From positions 1-54,500 of the forward strand of contig DATAUQ010000095.1 of assembly GCA_036268155.1 (NCBI GenBank): 54,500 nucleotides of DNA, read 5' to 3'. Below the pieces are notes generated by a model. It was not told the origin of the DNA and searched no databases. It was given only the letters and a program-made list of their open reading frames with translations. Made by a program: the position numbers and the translations under genes. This document shows, piece after piece, positions 1 to 8,844 of the stretch (position 1 is its first letter; each line of letters starts with the position of its first letter). Source of the stretch: Verrucomicrobiia bacterium. Lineage in GTDB: Bacteria; Verrucomicrobiota; Verrucomicrobiia; Limisphaerales; UBA11358.

Positions 1-582
1 GACGGAAACAATGGTCGTAAGCAAGGACGCCGAACCGGCGTTGCCGCTGACATAATTCCCCTCGGTCAACAGCGCACGGCTCACGCGACCGTCAATCGGT
101 GATTTCACTTCCGTGTATTCCAGATCAAGCCTCGCCGAATCAAGCGCGGCCTTCGCGACTTCAGCCTTGGATTTTCGTGCTTCAGCTTCTTCGGCAGAAA
201 TCGCATTGTTAGCGAGCAATTTGTCCGTGCGTCCTGATTCACTCTTGGCCTGGTCGTATTCCGCCTGACGTTGATCAAACACAGCCTGGTTCCAGCGCGG
301 ATCAATCACGAACAGCACATCGCCTTTCTTCACAAGCTGGCCCGATTGAAAACGCACTTCCTGGAGATAACCGGAAACGCGCGGGCGGATTTCCACCGAT
401 TCCACCGGCTCGGTGCGACCCGTGAATTCGCTCCACTCGACGATTTCCTTTTGTTCCACCGGCGCGACCGTGACGGCGGCGGGCGGCGGTCCTTGTTGGG
501 TTGCCTTTGGACTGCAACCGGCAGTCAACAGTCCGACGGTTAATGTTGAAACGGCGGTGAATAAATAAAATTTTGTTTTCAT
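1..582 (-). CDS. efflux RND transporter periplasmic adaptor subunit (AcrA/MexA/HlyD-type), N-terminal part; the 3' end runs off the window
   Basis: Absent from the ORF track because no stop lies in the window. My reverse-strand translation from the ATG at 582 reads MKTKFYLFTAVSTLTVGLLTAGCSPK...VAPVEQKEIVEWSEFTGRTEPVESVEIRPRVSGYLQEVRFQSGQLVKKGDVLFVIDPR...YTEVKSPIDGRVSRAL. It has a lipobox (LTAGC) and adaptor lipoyl-domain motifs, and it lies downstream of a TetR gene. Confidence 0.8.
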   Translation of the reverse strand, partial: MKTKFYLFTAVSTLTVGLLTAGCSPKATQQGPPPAAVTVAPVEQKEIVEWSEFTGRTEPVESVEIRPRVSGYLQEVRFQSGQLVKKGDVLFVIDPRWNQAVFDQRQAEYDQAKSESGRTDKLLANNAISAEEAEARKSKAEVAKAALDSARLDLEYTEVKSPIDGRVSRALLTEGNYVSGNAGSASLLTTIVSV

Positions 583-628
583 GTTTGTGATTAAAGTTTT
601 TAAGTTGGTTGATTTTGTCTTCGGTCAA

Positions 629-949
629 TCAGGCGGCTTCCGCGAAAATCGGATGGCGCTGGCGCAGGGAATGTTGCCGCGCCTGCCGTGTGGCAACCCT
701 TTGGATTTTTTCCATCGCCAACGATGGAAACAAAAGATGGGGGTAGTCTGTTTGGCGGGCCAAGACCTCCGCCTCGTTCATGGCCAGTTGAATTAGCTGG
801 CCGTGCGATTCCAATGTCCCTTGAAATTCGCTCGCAATCCTGTCCTTGGCCTGCTCAATCCCGGCCAGCAATTTTTTGTAAGACTGCGCATAGCGATTGT
901 TGATGGTTGGTTCAATGTTTTGGGCTTTGTCTGTATTGGTCGTATTCAT
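629..949 (-). CDS. hypothetical protein (106 aa) between the TetR gene and the RND adaptor
   Basis: ORF-track ORF on the same strand, tightly spaced in the TetR-adaptor operon. I recognise no motif. Confidence 0.4.
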   Translation of the reverse strand: MNTTNTDKAQNIEPTINNRYAQSYKKLLAGIEQAKDRIASEFQGTLESHGQLIQLAMNEAEVLARQTDYPHLLFPSLAMEKIQRVATRQARQHSLRQRHPIFAEAA

Positions 950-1009
950 AATTTTGTCATAGTTTAATAGTTGTCTGTTTAGTAAATTATCTGGTCAAAA
1001 AAATCAAAA

Positions 1010-1624
1010 TTAGGCAGCAACAGCCTTTTTGTCTTTCACTCCAAGCATGGCGAATATACCGCTGGCGGATTCACGCAACGCCTCAACATCGTTTTGAATC
1101 CGCGCCTGGGTCAACAAGCCTTCGTAATAGGCAAAAATCATCCGGGCTTTGGCGGCGGGATCAGGCGCATGAATCACACCGGCGGCATGAGCATCGCGGA
1201 TGGTGGATTCGATATATTTGCGCTTTTGATCCATGATCTCCTGGATTTTTTTTTGCAAAACATTTTCCTGCGTGCAGATTTCAGAACCGAGCGAAGCCTG
1301 CGGGCAGCCCAGCACGCGACCGTATTTTGATTTGATTTCACGCTGAAATCTATAGGTAAAATCACAGAATTGCTTCAACCGTTCCAACGGTGGAACCGTT
1401 GCGGAAAAGATGCCGTCGAACTCCGCGCGGTGATTCAGCCAATTGGCCTCAACTGCTTCCGCCGCCAGTTCAGCCTTGGAATCAAAGAAATAATAAAAGC
1501 TGCCTTTCTTGGCACCGGCCTTCTCGCAGATGTCGTCAATGGTTGTGCTGCCATACGAGCCGGACCAGATCAGGTCCAACACCGCATCCATCAATCTTTG
1601 TTTTTCATCACTTACTCGTCCCAT
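1010..1624 (-). CDS. TetR/AcrR family transcriptional regulator
   Basis: The N-terminal HTH 'LMDAVLDLIWSGSYGSTTIDDICEKAGAKKGSFYYFFDSKAEL' is a typical TetR_N. It sits upstream of efflux genes. Confidence 0.9.
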   Translation of the reverse strand: MGRVSDEKQRLMDAVLDLIWSGSYGSTTIDDICEKAGAKKGSFYYFFDSKAELAAEAVEANWLNHRAEFDGIFSATVPPLERLKQFCDFTYRFQREIKSKYGRVLGCPQASLGSEICTQENVLQKKIQEIMDQKRKYIESTIRDAHAAGVIHAPDPAAKARMIFAYYEGLLTQARIQNDVEALRESASGIFAMLGVKDKKAVAA

Positions 1625-1761
1625 AACATTTTTTGGTTCATCGCTTCGGCTTTTTGTCGAAGCACACTGTCAATTTAGAAAACTAGACTAAACAGTCAAC
1701 TACTATTTTAATATTTTTGGTCATGGTGCGTTAGATTGCGCTATTGGGGGGCACACCGATA

Positions 1762-1824
1762 ATGGCAGCAGGATTAACAGACCACGTTTGGACTGTAGAA
1801 GAACTTTTGGTGGCCAAAATCTAA
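1762..1824 (+). pseudogene. possible remnant of a transposase C-terminal tail (20 codons: MAAGLTDHVWTVEELLVAKI*)
   Basis: From memory, the 'AAG(L/V)TDHVW(S/T)xEEL' tail recurs at the C-terminus of some IS transposases. It lies in an AT-rich, gene-poor stretch next to a tRNA. No transposase body is present. Confidence 0.2.
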
Positions 1825-2317
1825 AACTAACAATCGAATTCCAAGTCAATACGACCATCTTCATCGAGATCATCCAGTTTAATGTGGACATTATTTTTAA
1901 CGTCGCATTTAGTGTCGTTTCCAGACAGGTAATAACAAGCCTCAATAATCAGCGTAACCGCCATGACAATCCGTCAGGCCATTGTTGTAAAGTTGCGTGG
2001 ACATTTCAAGCGCCTGTTCGTCAGCCTTGGCGCAATCTTCAAAATGGAGGAAAACATCTCCCGCAAAACTTTTCAGCAGCCAGCACCTCCAATAATTTCT
2101 CTGAAATCAAACGTCCTTCCACCGCCGGTCTTCCTGCCCGCGCCGCTCAAATTCTTCTCGAAGCGGTGAAATAAAAACTCGCGCGGATTTTTTTTCTTCG
2201 GAGCTTTGCCCTTTGCTGGCCGCAAATTTGCCCGCCATTTTCAGACAAAAATAATTTGAAAAAATCCCCATTCTCCTGCACTTTTCCTGCATAACTGTGC
2301 AAGTTGTTGAAGCTGAA

Positions 2318-2391
2318 TGGAGCGGGTGAAGGGAATCGAACCCTCGTCTCAGCCTTGGGAAGGCCACATTCTACCATTGAACCACACCCGC
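2318..2391 (-). tRNA. tRNA-Gly (anticodon CCC), CCA encoded
   Basis: The reverse complement reads GCGGGTG TG GTTC AATGGTA GAAT G TGGCC TTCCCAA GGCTG AGA CGAGG GTTCGATT CCCTT CACCCGC TCCA. This gives a cloverleaf with a 7-bp acceptor stem, a T-loop GTTCGATT, and an anticodon loop TT-CCC-AA. Confidence 0.9.
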
Positions 2392-2472
2392 CTCCGCGCT
2401 TTGGCGCGGCAAGCCCGTGAATGGAAATATTTCTACCAGACCGTTGCCCTCGGCGCAATCGGTTTGCGGAAT

Positions 2473-5418
2473 TCAAATCGTCGCGGCAAATCGTTTGATC
2501 GCTTCGCGCAGTTTGTCCCCGATCAATTCCTGCCGTCCGGCGGAAACAATTTTCCCGCCGTCCAGTTCGCGCACATAAAAACTGTCTATCGCCGCGCCGC
2601 GTTCGGTCACGATACGCGCCCCGGCAATGTCCACTTCCAGTTCGGCAAATGTCTGCGAAATCGCGTAAAGCAAACCGAGCTGATCCTCGGTTTCAATCTC
2701 GATGAGCGTGCGCAGCTCGGAGGCGTCGTTGTCGAAATAAATTTCCGTCGCCATCCGCTCGCCCGCATAGGCTGAATAAAGCGGGCGGTTCGTGATCTGC
2801 CGGGCGATGAGCGCGGGCAAGTCCACCGCTTCGTCGTTCAAAACTTTTTCGAGCAGCTCCGCGAACTTATCATGCTGTTCGCGCGCGGCGAGATTTCCGG
2901 TGCGCGCGTCGTTGACGGAAAAGGTGTCGAGCGCAATGCCGTCGGTGCGCGTGAAAATTTGCGCGCTCAAGATGTTCAATCCGGCGGCGCTCAATGCGCC
3001 GGCGATTTTCCCGAACAGTCCGGCGCGATCCCAGGTGCAAATTTTGACGACGTTATAGCCGCGGTCCGGTTCGTCCAGCCATGCGGTCACTGGCGAGAGC
3101 GCGCGGTCGCCTTCGCGGACGAGCCTGTGCATGAAACGATGCGTGAGTTCGAGGTCGTCGAGAATTTCCTTCGCCGTGTGGATTTGAAAATATGGCTGTG
3201 GCAGCGCGGAAAAATGCGCGTCCAATTCCTCGCCAGTGATCAGCGTCGGCGCGAGTTCGCGCACTTCCTGCTTGAGCAGCCCGAGTTGTTTTTCCGAGGC
3301 GCGGCGGAATTCCGTGCCACCGGTGAGCGGCACCATTGCGTGTGAATGCAATTGCCAGAGCAGCGAATCCTTGAAGCCGTTCCACAGTTTGTCGCTCGTG
3401 CCCTGCGAATCGGCGAAGGTGAGCAGCGTGAGCAGGTTCAGATTTTCCGGCGTCTGGATTTGCCGCGCGAAATTTCGGATGACCGCCGGGTCATCGAGGT
3501 CGCGCCGCTGCGAAAGGTTCGCCATGAGCAGGTGATTTTCAATGACGAGCCGCAACGTGTGCGCCGCCGACCCGTCCAGCCGCAGCCGTTTCGCCGCGCG
3601 CATCGCCATTTCTGCGCTGACTTCGGGATGGCCGCCCTTTTTGTGGCCTTCCGCCTTGCCGACGTCGTGCAACAGCAGCGCGAGGTAAAGCAGTCCGGGC
3701 CGGTTCAAATTTTGGAACAGCGGCGCGTAATTTTTATACGGCGGCTCTTTGGCTTCCCAGATTTTGTCGAGTTGCTCGAGGCAGACGAGCGTGTGTTCGT
3801 CGGCGGCGTATTGATGATAAAACTCGTGCTGAACCAAACACGTCAATTTTCCGAATTCAGGAATGTATTTGCCGAGCAGATTCACCTCGTGCATCGCGCG
3901 CAGGATCGGCGCAACCTCTCCGCGTCGTTCAAGAATCGTCAAAAAGGTTTCGCGGACGTGCTCGTCGTTCAGAAAATCGCGGTCCACAAGTGAAAGCTGG
4001 TTGCGGATGAGTTGCGCGAGGTCGGGATGCAACGTCATGTGCCGTTGCTGCGCGTGAAGAAAAACGCGCATGAGACGGCGCGGCGAATCGCGGAAAATGC
4101 GGTTGGACGCGGCGTAAATCTCGCCATTGATGAATTTGAAGCCGTCAAGGATTTCCGGCTCGCGTTTTCTTTTGGGCAGCCAGCGGCGCAACGAAAGTTT
4201 GCTTTGTGACGGCGCGATGAGCGCCATGCGCTGCTCCAGCGTGCGCGTGATGAGAAAAATATTCCGCGTGTGCGTGTAAAGGTCGCGCATGAATTTTTCG
4301 ATGCGCTTGCTCGGCGAACGGTCGCCATAGCCGAGCGCGTGCGCCACGGCGGGCTGCAAATTTTTGCCCAGCACGTCGAGCGGGCGGATGACTTCGTAAT
4401 GCAATTCCGTCCTCACGCGCAGCAAAAAATCATAAGCCGCATCCAGTTGCTTGCGCTCGGCCTCGGAAACAAGTTCGCGCTCCTGCAAATCCTGCAATGT
4501 GCGCGTGCGATACTTGAAGAACGCCATCCACAAAAGATTCTGAAAATCGCGCAGGCCGCCGCAGCCGTTCTTGATGTTTGGCTCCTGCATCGTGGCGGAG
4601 TTGCCATATTTGACGTGCCGCGTCGCCTGGTCCTCGACGCGCGCCGCGATATATTTTTCCTCGAACCCGGTGACGCATTTCGCCACGACCGTCTTTTGAA
4701 GTTTTTTGAACAACGCCTCGTCGCCCACGATCAGCCGCGCCTCGATGAGCGATGTTTTGGACTGCATGTCCGCGTTCGCCACCTTCACGCAATCGTCAAT
4801 GCTCCGCACCGCGTGGCCGACTTTCAGGCCGATGTCCCACAGCGGATACAGCACGCCGTCAATCAATTTGGACAGATAAGGCAACGGCTTGTTGCCCGCG
4901 ATCTGGCCGTCGTGCAAAAACATGAAATCAATGTCGCTGTGTGGATTCAGTTCCGCGCGGCCATAACCGCCGATGGCGACCAGCGCGAGCGGGGGAAATT
5001 CCTTTTGCGCCTGCGGTGACAAGCCGCCACGCGCCTCCGCCCAAAGATGCCGCAGCAGTTCGTCGAGGATGACCGCGCGCGCTCGGCAGATTTCGCGCCC
5101 GTCCGCGCCCGCGCGATGGGCGATTTTCACCCGGTGCGTTTCCACCTTGAGAAAACCCTTGTAACGGGCGAGTTTTTCTGCGGCATCGCTGTTCGGCGGT
5201 GCTGGCAGACGTTCCCTGGCGTTGGTTTCTATTTTTCTGATTAAGTCCTGCACGCGCGCATAAGTTGCGGAGAAAATGATTTGAAGGCAAGCGCGCTCGC
5301 CGTTGCGCGAAACCTTTTTTCGCGCGCGGCGTCTGTTACCATTCCCGCGTGATGCCAATTCAACCTGATCCCGATGCCGTTCTGATGTTGCGCGTGAAGC
5401 GCGGCGACCGCGCGGCAT
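2473..5418 (-). CDS. glnD: [protein-PII] uridylyltransferase / uridylyl-removing enzyme GlnD
   Basis: It has a nucleotidyltransferase N-domain (GGYGRAELNPHSDIDFMFLH), an HD domain (LLLHDVGKAEG), and two C-terminal ACT-like segments. The longest ORF overlaps the divergent sigma gene, so the real start is probably internal. One candidate is the GTG at 5253 (VQDLIRKIE...). Confidence 0.9.
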   Translation of the reverse strand: MPRGRRASRATSERHRDQVELASRGNGNRRRARKKVSRNGERACLQIIFSATYARVQDLIRKIETNARERLPAPPNSDAAEKLARYKGFLKVETHRVKIAHRAGADGREICRARAVILDELLRHLWAEARGGLSPQAQKEFPPLALVAIGGYGRAELNPHSDIDFMFLHDGQIAGNKPLPYLSKLIDGVLYPLWDIGLKVGHAVRSIDDCVKVANADMQSKTSLIEARLIVGDEALFKKLQKTVVAKCVTGFEEKYIAARVEDQATRHVKYGNSATMQEPNIKNGCGGLRDFQNLLWMAFFKYRTRTLQDLQERELVSEAERKQLDAAYDFLLRVRTELHYEVIRPLDVLGKNLQPAVAHALGYGDRSPSKRIEKFMRDLYTHTRNIFLITRTLEQRMALIAPSQSKLSLRRWLPKRKREPEILDGFKFINGEIYAASNRIFRDSPRRLMRVFLHAQQRHMTLHPDLAQLIRNQLSLVDRDFLNDEHVRETFLTILERRGEVAPILRAMHEVNLLGKYIPEFGKLTCLVQHEFYHQYAADEHTLVCLEQLDKIWEAKEPPYKNYAPLFQNLNRPGLLYLALLLHDVGKAEGHKKGGHPEVSAEMAMRAAKRLRLDGSAAHTLRLVIENHLLMANLSQRRDLDDPAVIRNFARQIQTPENLNLLTLLTFADSQGTSDKLWNGFKDSLLWQLHSHAMVPLTGGTEFRRASEKQLGLLKQEVRELAPTLITGEELDAHFSALPQPYFQIHTAKEILDDLELTHRFMHRLVREGDRALSPVTAWLDEPDRGYNVVKICTWDRAGLFGKIAGALSAAGLNILSAQIFTRTDGIALDTFSVNDARTGNLAAREQHDKFAELLEKVLNDEAVDLPALIARQITNRPLYSAYAGERMATEIYFDNDASELRTLIEIETEDQLGLLYAISQTFAELEVDIAGARIVTERGAAIDSFYVRELDGGKIVSAGRQELIGDKLREAIKRFAATI

Positions 5419-5954
5419 TCACGGAATTGGTCGAGAAATACAAGCAGCCTGTGATGAATTTTGTTTTCCGCTCGCTGCGTGACGAGGCCGAGGCGGAGGA
5501 TCTGGCGCAAAATGTTTTTCTGCAAGTCTTCAAATCCCGCGCACGCTACGAGCGCACGGCGAAATTTTCCACTTGGCTGTTCACCATCGCGCGGAATTTG
5601 TGCCTGAACGAAATCCGCCGCCGCTCGCGCCATCCCGCCGAATCGCTCGAAGAAACACATCCTGAAAACGAAGACCAGCCGTCACGGCAATACGAGGACA
5701 AGAAAATTTTTCTGCCGACGGAAAATGTATTGCACGGCGAACTCGCCAAAAAAATCGAGGAAGCGCTGGCCGAACTGCCGGAGAACCAGCGCACCGCCAT
5801 CTTGCTCTGCCGTCAGGACGAATTGAGTTACGAAGAGATCGCCGAGGTTTTGGACTGCTCGCTGTCCGCCACGAAATCGCTCATCCATCGCGGACGCGAA
5901 ACGCTCAAGGAAAAACTCAAGCCGTATCTGCAAACCGGCGAGTGGACGGAATAG
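5349..5954 (+). CDS. RNA polymerase sigma-70 factor, ECF subfamily
   Basis: Region 2 (EDLAQNVFLQVFKSRARYERTAKFSTWLFTIARNLCLNEIRRR) and region 4 (LPENQRTAILLCRQDELSYEEIAEVLDCSLSATKSLIHRGRETLKEKL). Confidence 0.9.
   Translation: MMPIQPDPDAVLMLRVKRGDRAAFTELVEKYKQPVMNFVFRSLRDEAEAEDLAQNVFLQVFKSRARYERTAKFSTWLFTIARNLCLNEIRRRSRHPAESLEETHPENEDQPSRQYEDKKIFLPTENVLHGELAKKIEEALAELPENQRTAILLCRQDELSYEEIAEVLDCSLSATKSLIHRGRETLKEKLKPYLQTGEWTE
5889..5946. repeat. 58-bp direct repeat, copy 1 (the last codons of the ECF sigma gene)
   Basis: cgcggacgcgaaacgctcaaggaaaaactcaagccgtatctgcaaaccggcgagtgga is identical at 6365..6422 (hand aligned). Confidence 0.9.
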
Positions 5955-6364
5955 ATTTTGGAACGCGTGAAAATTTTTGTCCCGCAGGGACGACGGAAAT
6001 TAGCCAGCTACGAAGTGGCTGGATTCGTGCGAAAAAACGATGCGTCCTGAAAGGACGCTGGAACTCGTCGTCGCATTTTCCACCGTCCTTTCAGGACGGA
6101 TTTTATTTTTGGACGGCTGACCCGGCACTTTGTGCCGGGCTAATTTCCGGTGTCGCTTTGCGACGGTTTTTTTCCAGCGGACATTTTCGATTAGCGCCGT
6201 AGGTGCGGCATATTTGTAGAAAACCGTCTGATAAAATTTTCCAAGCTCCGTCAGGAGCGACATGGTGGCCGTCCGCAAGGACCGAATATGCCGCTCCTAC
6301 GGAGCTTTTTCATTTTGTGAACGGCGGGCTACAAAGATGCCGCGCCGACGGCGCTCCGAAAGGG
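5955..6364. repeat. composite block of hairpin (REP/MITE-like) repeat units
   Basis: Consecutive stem-loops: gtcccgcagggac, gtcctgaaaggac...gtcctttcaggac, cccggcactttgtgccggg, gcgccgtaggtgcggc, gctccgtcaggagc, gctcctacggagc. Units recur at 21270..21530 and 35896..36070. Confidence 0.8.
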
Positions 6365-6422
6365 CGCGGACGCGAAACGCTCAAGGAAAAACTCAAGCCG
6401 TATCTGCAAACCGGCGAGTGGA
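6365..6422. repeat. 58-bp direct repeat, copy 2 (orphan copy of the sigma gene 3' end, followed by its own stop)
   Basis: Identical to 5889..5946. Here it reads ...GRETLKEKLKPYLQTGEWSD*, against ...GEWTE* in the intact gene. Confidence 0.9.
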
Positions 6423-6444
6423 GTGACTAAAAATATATCCGCTT

Positions 6445-6870
6445 TCAGCGCGTCTTGATTGACTGCCTGCTTCTCATCTGAACACCTTCGCGTCGGAGAT
6501 CGCGACAAAGTTTTTTGAATTCGTGATCAAATTTTTCAGATTTCTGCCAATCGGAAAAATCAGGAATGAAATACTCTCTAATCTCTTGGGCAATATCGCG
6601 CCCGGAATCAGCATCAAAACATTCCCATTCTTTTAACATTTGCATATCGCAAACCCGAATTGGAAATAACTTTCGTTTTCCATCCAGCTTTTCCTGCTTT
6701 CGCGCACGACGAATTTCTGTCTGAACCCAATCGCTTGCAATACTGGATTCAGAAAGAACAATCAGAATTTTATCATGCAAATGAATCGCTCGATCAATTT
6801 GCTCAAAAAGTTTTTTCCCACCTTTCATTTCCTCCGGTGCATACCAAACACGAATCTTCTCGGCTTTCAT
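6445..6870 (-). CDS. TIR domain protein, C-terminal fragment of a split pentapeptide-repeat/TIR gene
   Basis: KIRVWYAPEEMKGGKKLFEQIDRAIHLHDKILIVLSESSIASDWVQTEIRRARKQE matches the TIR pattern (W.D..m..G..l...I..AI.....l.vlS..s..S.Wv..E). The first TIR strand (CFISHSHKDD) lies in the upstream ORF. Confidence 0.75.
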   Translation of the reverse strand: MKAEKIRVWYAPEEMKGGKKLFEQIDRAIHLHDKILIVLSESSIASDWVQTEIRRARKQEKLDGKRKLFPIRVCDMQMLKEWECFDADSGRDIAQEIREYFIPDFSDWQKSEKFDHEFKKLCRDLRREGVQMRSRQSIKTR

Positions 6871-7505
6871 TTCGGCCCATAATTTTCGCGCAAAAAATCA
6901 TCCTTATGGCTATGGCTAATAAAACAAGAGTGAAACTGAATTGGCGTTGCTGCTTCAATAAGGTCAGGAAGGTAGTCGAGTAAAATTGGAGAAAGTCCGA
7001 TCCCCTTGAGAAATTTTATAGGAAGTCCATTGCCAGCTTGGTAGAGGCATTCAACACCAATTGACGATGGAGATACATGAATAACAGTTTCCAATCCCAC
7101 ACAGGTTTCCATATCCACATCGGCAAAAACTGTTTTCCCCATGCGAGATTCTCGAAAAATTGTTCCAAACAAATGGGAACCAACAAACATAGTGCTTTCT
7201 AGTGAGGCTTTGTAAAAATTTGCTTTGGCAAGGTCGGCTTCAGCAAAACTAGCTTCATTTAATTGTGCGTCGCGAAAATTAGCCCCATCTAAAATAGCAT
7301 CTTCAAAATTTGCCCCAGTTAAATCACAGCCAACAAATTCAGCGTTGCGTAATATAGCGCTCTTAAAATTTTGCCCGCTTAAATTTTCTCCAGAAAGATT
7401 TTCGTTTTCCAAATAAACGCCGCGAAAATCCGGATTTTCAGACGCAATTATATCCTGCCAGCTTCTTGAATCTGGAAGCGTGTGTGATTTTTTCCCAATA
7501 GCCAT
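6867..7505 (-). CDS. pentapeptide-repeat protein ending in the first TIR motif; N-terminal fragment of the split gene
   Basis: A run of A(D/N)LxX-type pentapeptides (NLSGENLSGQNFKSAILRNAEFVGCDLTGANFEDAILDGANFRDAQLNEASFAEADLAKANFYKASL), then 'FHSCFISHSHKDD'. It overlaps the next ORF by 4 nt, and the frames rejoin at the T6 run (plus-strand A6 at 6892..6897). Confidence 0.75.
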   Translation of the reverse strand: MAIGKKSHTLPDSRSWQDIIASENPDFRGVYLENENLSGENLSGQNFKSAILRNAEFVGCDLTGANFEDAILDGANFRDAQLNEASFAEADLAKANFYKASLESTMFVGSHLFGTIFRESRMGKTVFADVDMETCVGLETVIHVSPSSIGVECLYQAGNGLPIKFLKGIGLSPILLDYLPDLIEAATPIQFHSCFISHSHKDDFLRENYGPK

Positions 7506-7512
7506 GGATTGT

Positions 7513-8412
7513 TTATTTCTCCCGCTTCAAAAGAAATTCCGCCAGCGCTTCGAGCGCAATGGCTTTGCCTTTGAAAATTTTCAGCGCGGCAAACGCCTTG
7601 GCCGTCAGTTGCGCCGCGATCTGCCGCGATTTTTCCAGCCCGACAATCGCCGGGTAGGTCGCCTTTTGCACGGCCACGTCCTTGCCCGCCGTCTTGCCGA
7701 GCTGCTCACTGGTCTGCGTCACGTCGAGGATGTCGTCAATCACCTGAAACGCGAGGCCGACGTGGTAGCCGAAGTCGGTCAGCGCGGCGAGCTGCGCGGG
7801 TGTGCAGTTCGCGCTCATGCCGCCGAGCCGCACGGAACAGCACAGCAGCGCGGAGGTCTTGCGCTCGTGGATGAATTTCAGTTCGGCGATGGAAAGTTTT
7901 TTGCCTTCGCCTTCCAAATCCGCCACCTGCCCGGCGACGAGCTGCAACGAGCCGGACGCTTTTGCGATTTCCAAAATAATTTTGTCGTGCGGATAGCGCG
8001 GGAATTTTTTGCATTGCGCGGCGATCTCGAACGCCTGCGTCAACAGCGCGTCGCCCGCGAGCACGGCGATGCCTTCGCCGAAAACTTTGTGGTTGGTCGG
8101 CTTGCCCCGGCGGAAATCGTCGTTGTCCATCGCGGGCAGATCGTCGTGGATGAGCGAGTAAGTGTGAATGCACTCCACGGCGCACGCGAGCGGCATGGCG
8201 GCCGCGTCGCTGCCACCACACGCTTCGGCGGCGGCCAAGAGCAAAGCCGGGCGCATTCTTTTTCCGCCGGCAAAGAGCGAGTATCGCATCGCCTTGTGGA
8301 TCGTGGCAGGCTTGGTTTTTTCCGACGGCAGGAATTTATCGAGCGCGGCATTGGCGGTTTCGGTGCGCGTGGCGAGGAATTGGTTCAGATCGAATTGTTT
8401 TGATGCGGGCAT
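7513..8412 (-). CDS. ispA: polyprenyl synthetase (farnesyl/geranylgeranyl diphosphate synthase)
   Basis: First DDxxD motif region 'ECIHTYSLIHDDLPAMDNDDFRRGKPTNHKVFG' and second 'LAFQVIDDILDV'. The likely start is the ATG at 8412 (MPASKQFDL); the ORF-track start at 8448 is an upstream extension. Confidence 0.85.
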   Translation of the reverse strand: MPASKQFDLNQFLATRTETANAALDKFLPSEKTKPATIHKAMRYSLFAGGKRMRPALLLAAAEACGGSDAAAMPLACAVECIHTYSLIHDDLPAMDNDDFRRGKPTNHKVFGEGIAVLAGDALLTQAFEIAAQCKKFPRYPHDKIILEIAKASGSLQLVAGQVADLEGEGKKLSIAELKFIHERKTSALLCCSVRLGGMSANCTPAQLAALTDFGYHVGLAFQVIDDILDVTQTSEQLGKTAGKDVAVQKATYPAIVGLEKSRQIAAQLTAKAFAALKIFKGKAIALEALAEFLLKREK

Positions 8413-8524
8413 AAAATTATTTTCAGAAAATGCCCGAAAGCAGAGCAAGTTTGAAGGGAATTTTTGTTATTGCCTTCGAGTGGGCAGCCGTTAAGCTACG
8501 CGGCTCGATTTGATTTGAAAAAAC

Positions 8525-8779
8525 ATGAACGCTGAACTCTGCAAACGCGCCGCTGAAAAAGTCGGCAACCCGAATGTCCTCGTCAACATCGTCTCGCGCC
8601 GCGTGCGCCAGTTGAATTCCGGCGGCGGCGGCTTGAGCCGTCCGCTGATTGACAACGTGGGCCACCTCGGCGCGGCGGACATCGCGTTGCGCGAGATCAT
8701 CGAGGAAAAAATCGGCTGGAAAATGCCGGAGATCGTCGCCCTGACCCGCCCGGTGGCCAAGAAACGCAAGAAGCGGTAA
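8525..8779 (+). CDS. rpoZ: DNA-directed RNA polymerase subunit omega
   Basis: The 84-aa sequence 'KVGNPNVLVNIVSRRVRQLN...DIALREIIEEKI' matches the RpoZ pattern. Confidence 0.8.
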   Translation: MNAELCKRAAEKVGNPNVLVNIVSRRVRQLNSGGGGLSRPLIDNVGHLGAADIALREIIEEKIGWKMPEIVALTRPVAKKRKKR

Positions 8780-8844
8780 AAAGCGAATGAAGAATTAAGA
8801 AATGATTCATTCTGCCCTCCAGCACTTCTGATTTGTTAAATTTT

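Noticed and set aside
1788-2174. 128-aa plus-strand ORF, and 1721..1945 on the minus strand, in the AT-rich spacer
   Set aside because: No motif, mutually overlapping, and composition atypical for this genome's genes. Treated as a decayed region.
5955-6364. Possible CRISPR array (also considered for 21270..21530 and 35896..36070)
   Set aside because: There is no constant-length direct repeat alternating with unique spacers. The units are different inverted-repeat hairpins, and no cas genes are present in the window.
6203-6430. 75-aa plus-strand ORF ending in GRETLKEKLKPYLQTGEWSD
   Set aside because: Its body is read through hairpin repeat units, and only the tail is the duplicated sigma 3' end. 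I interpret it as an orphan gene-end copy, not a gene.
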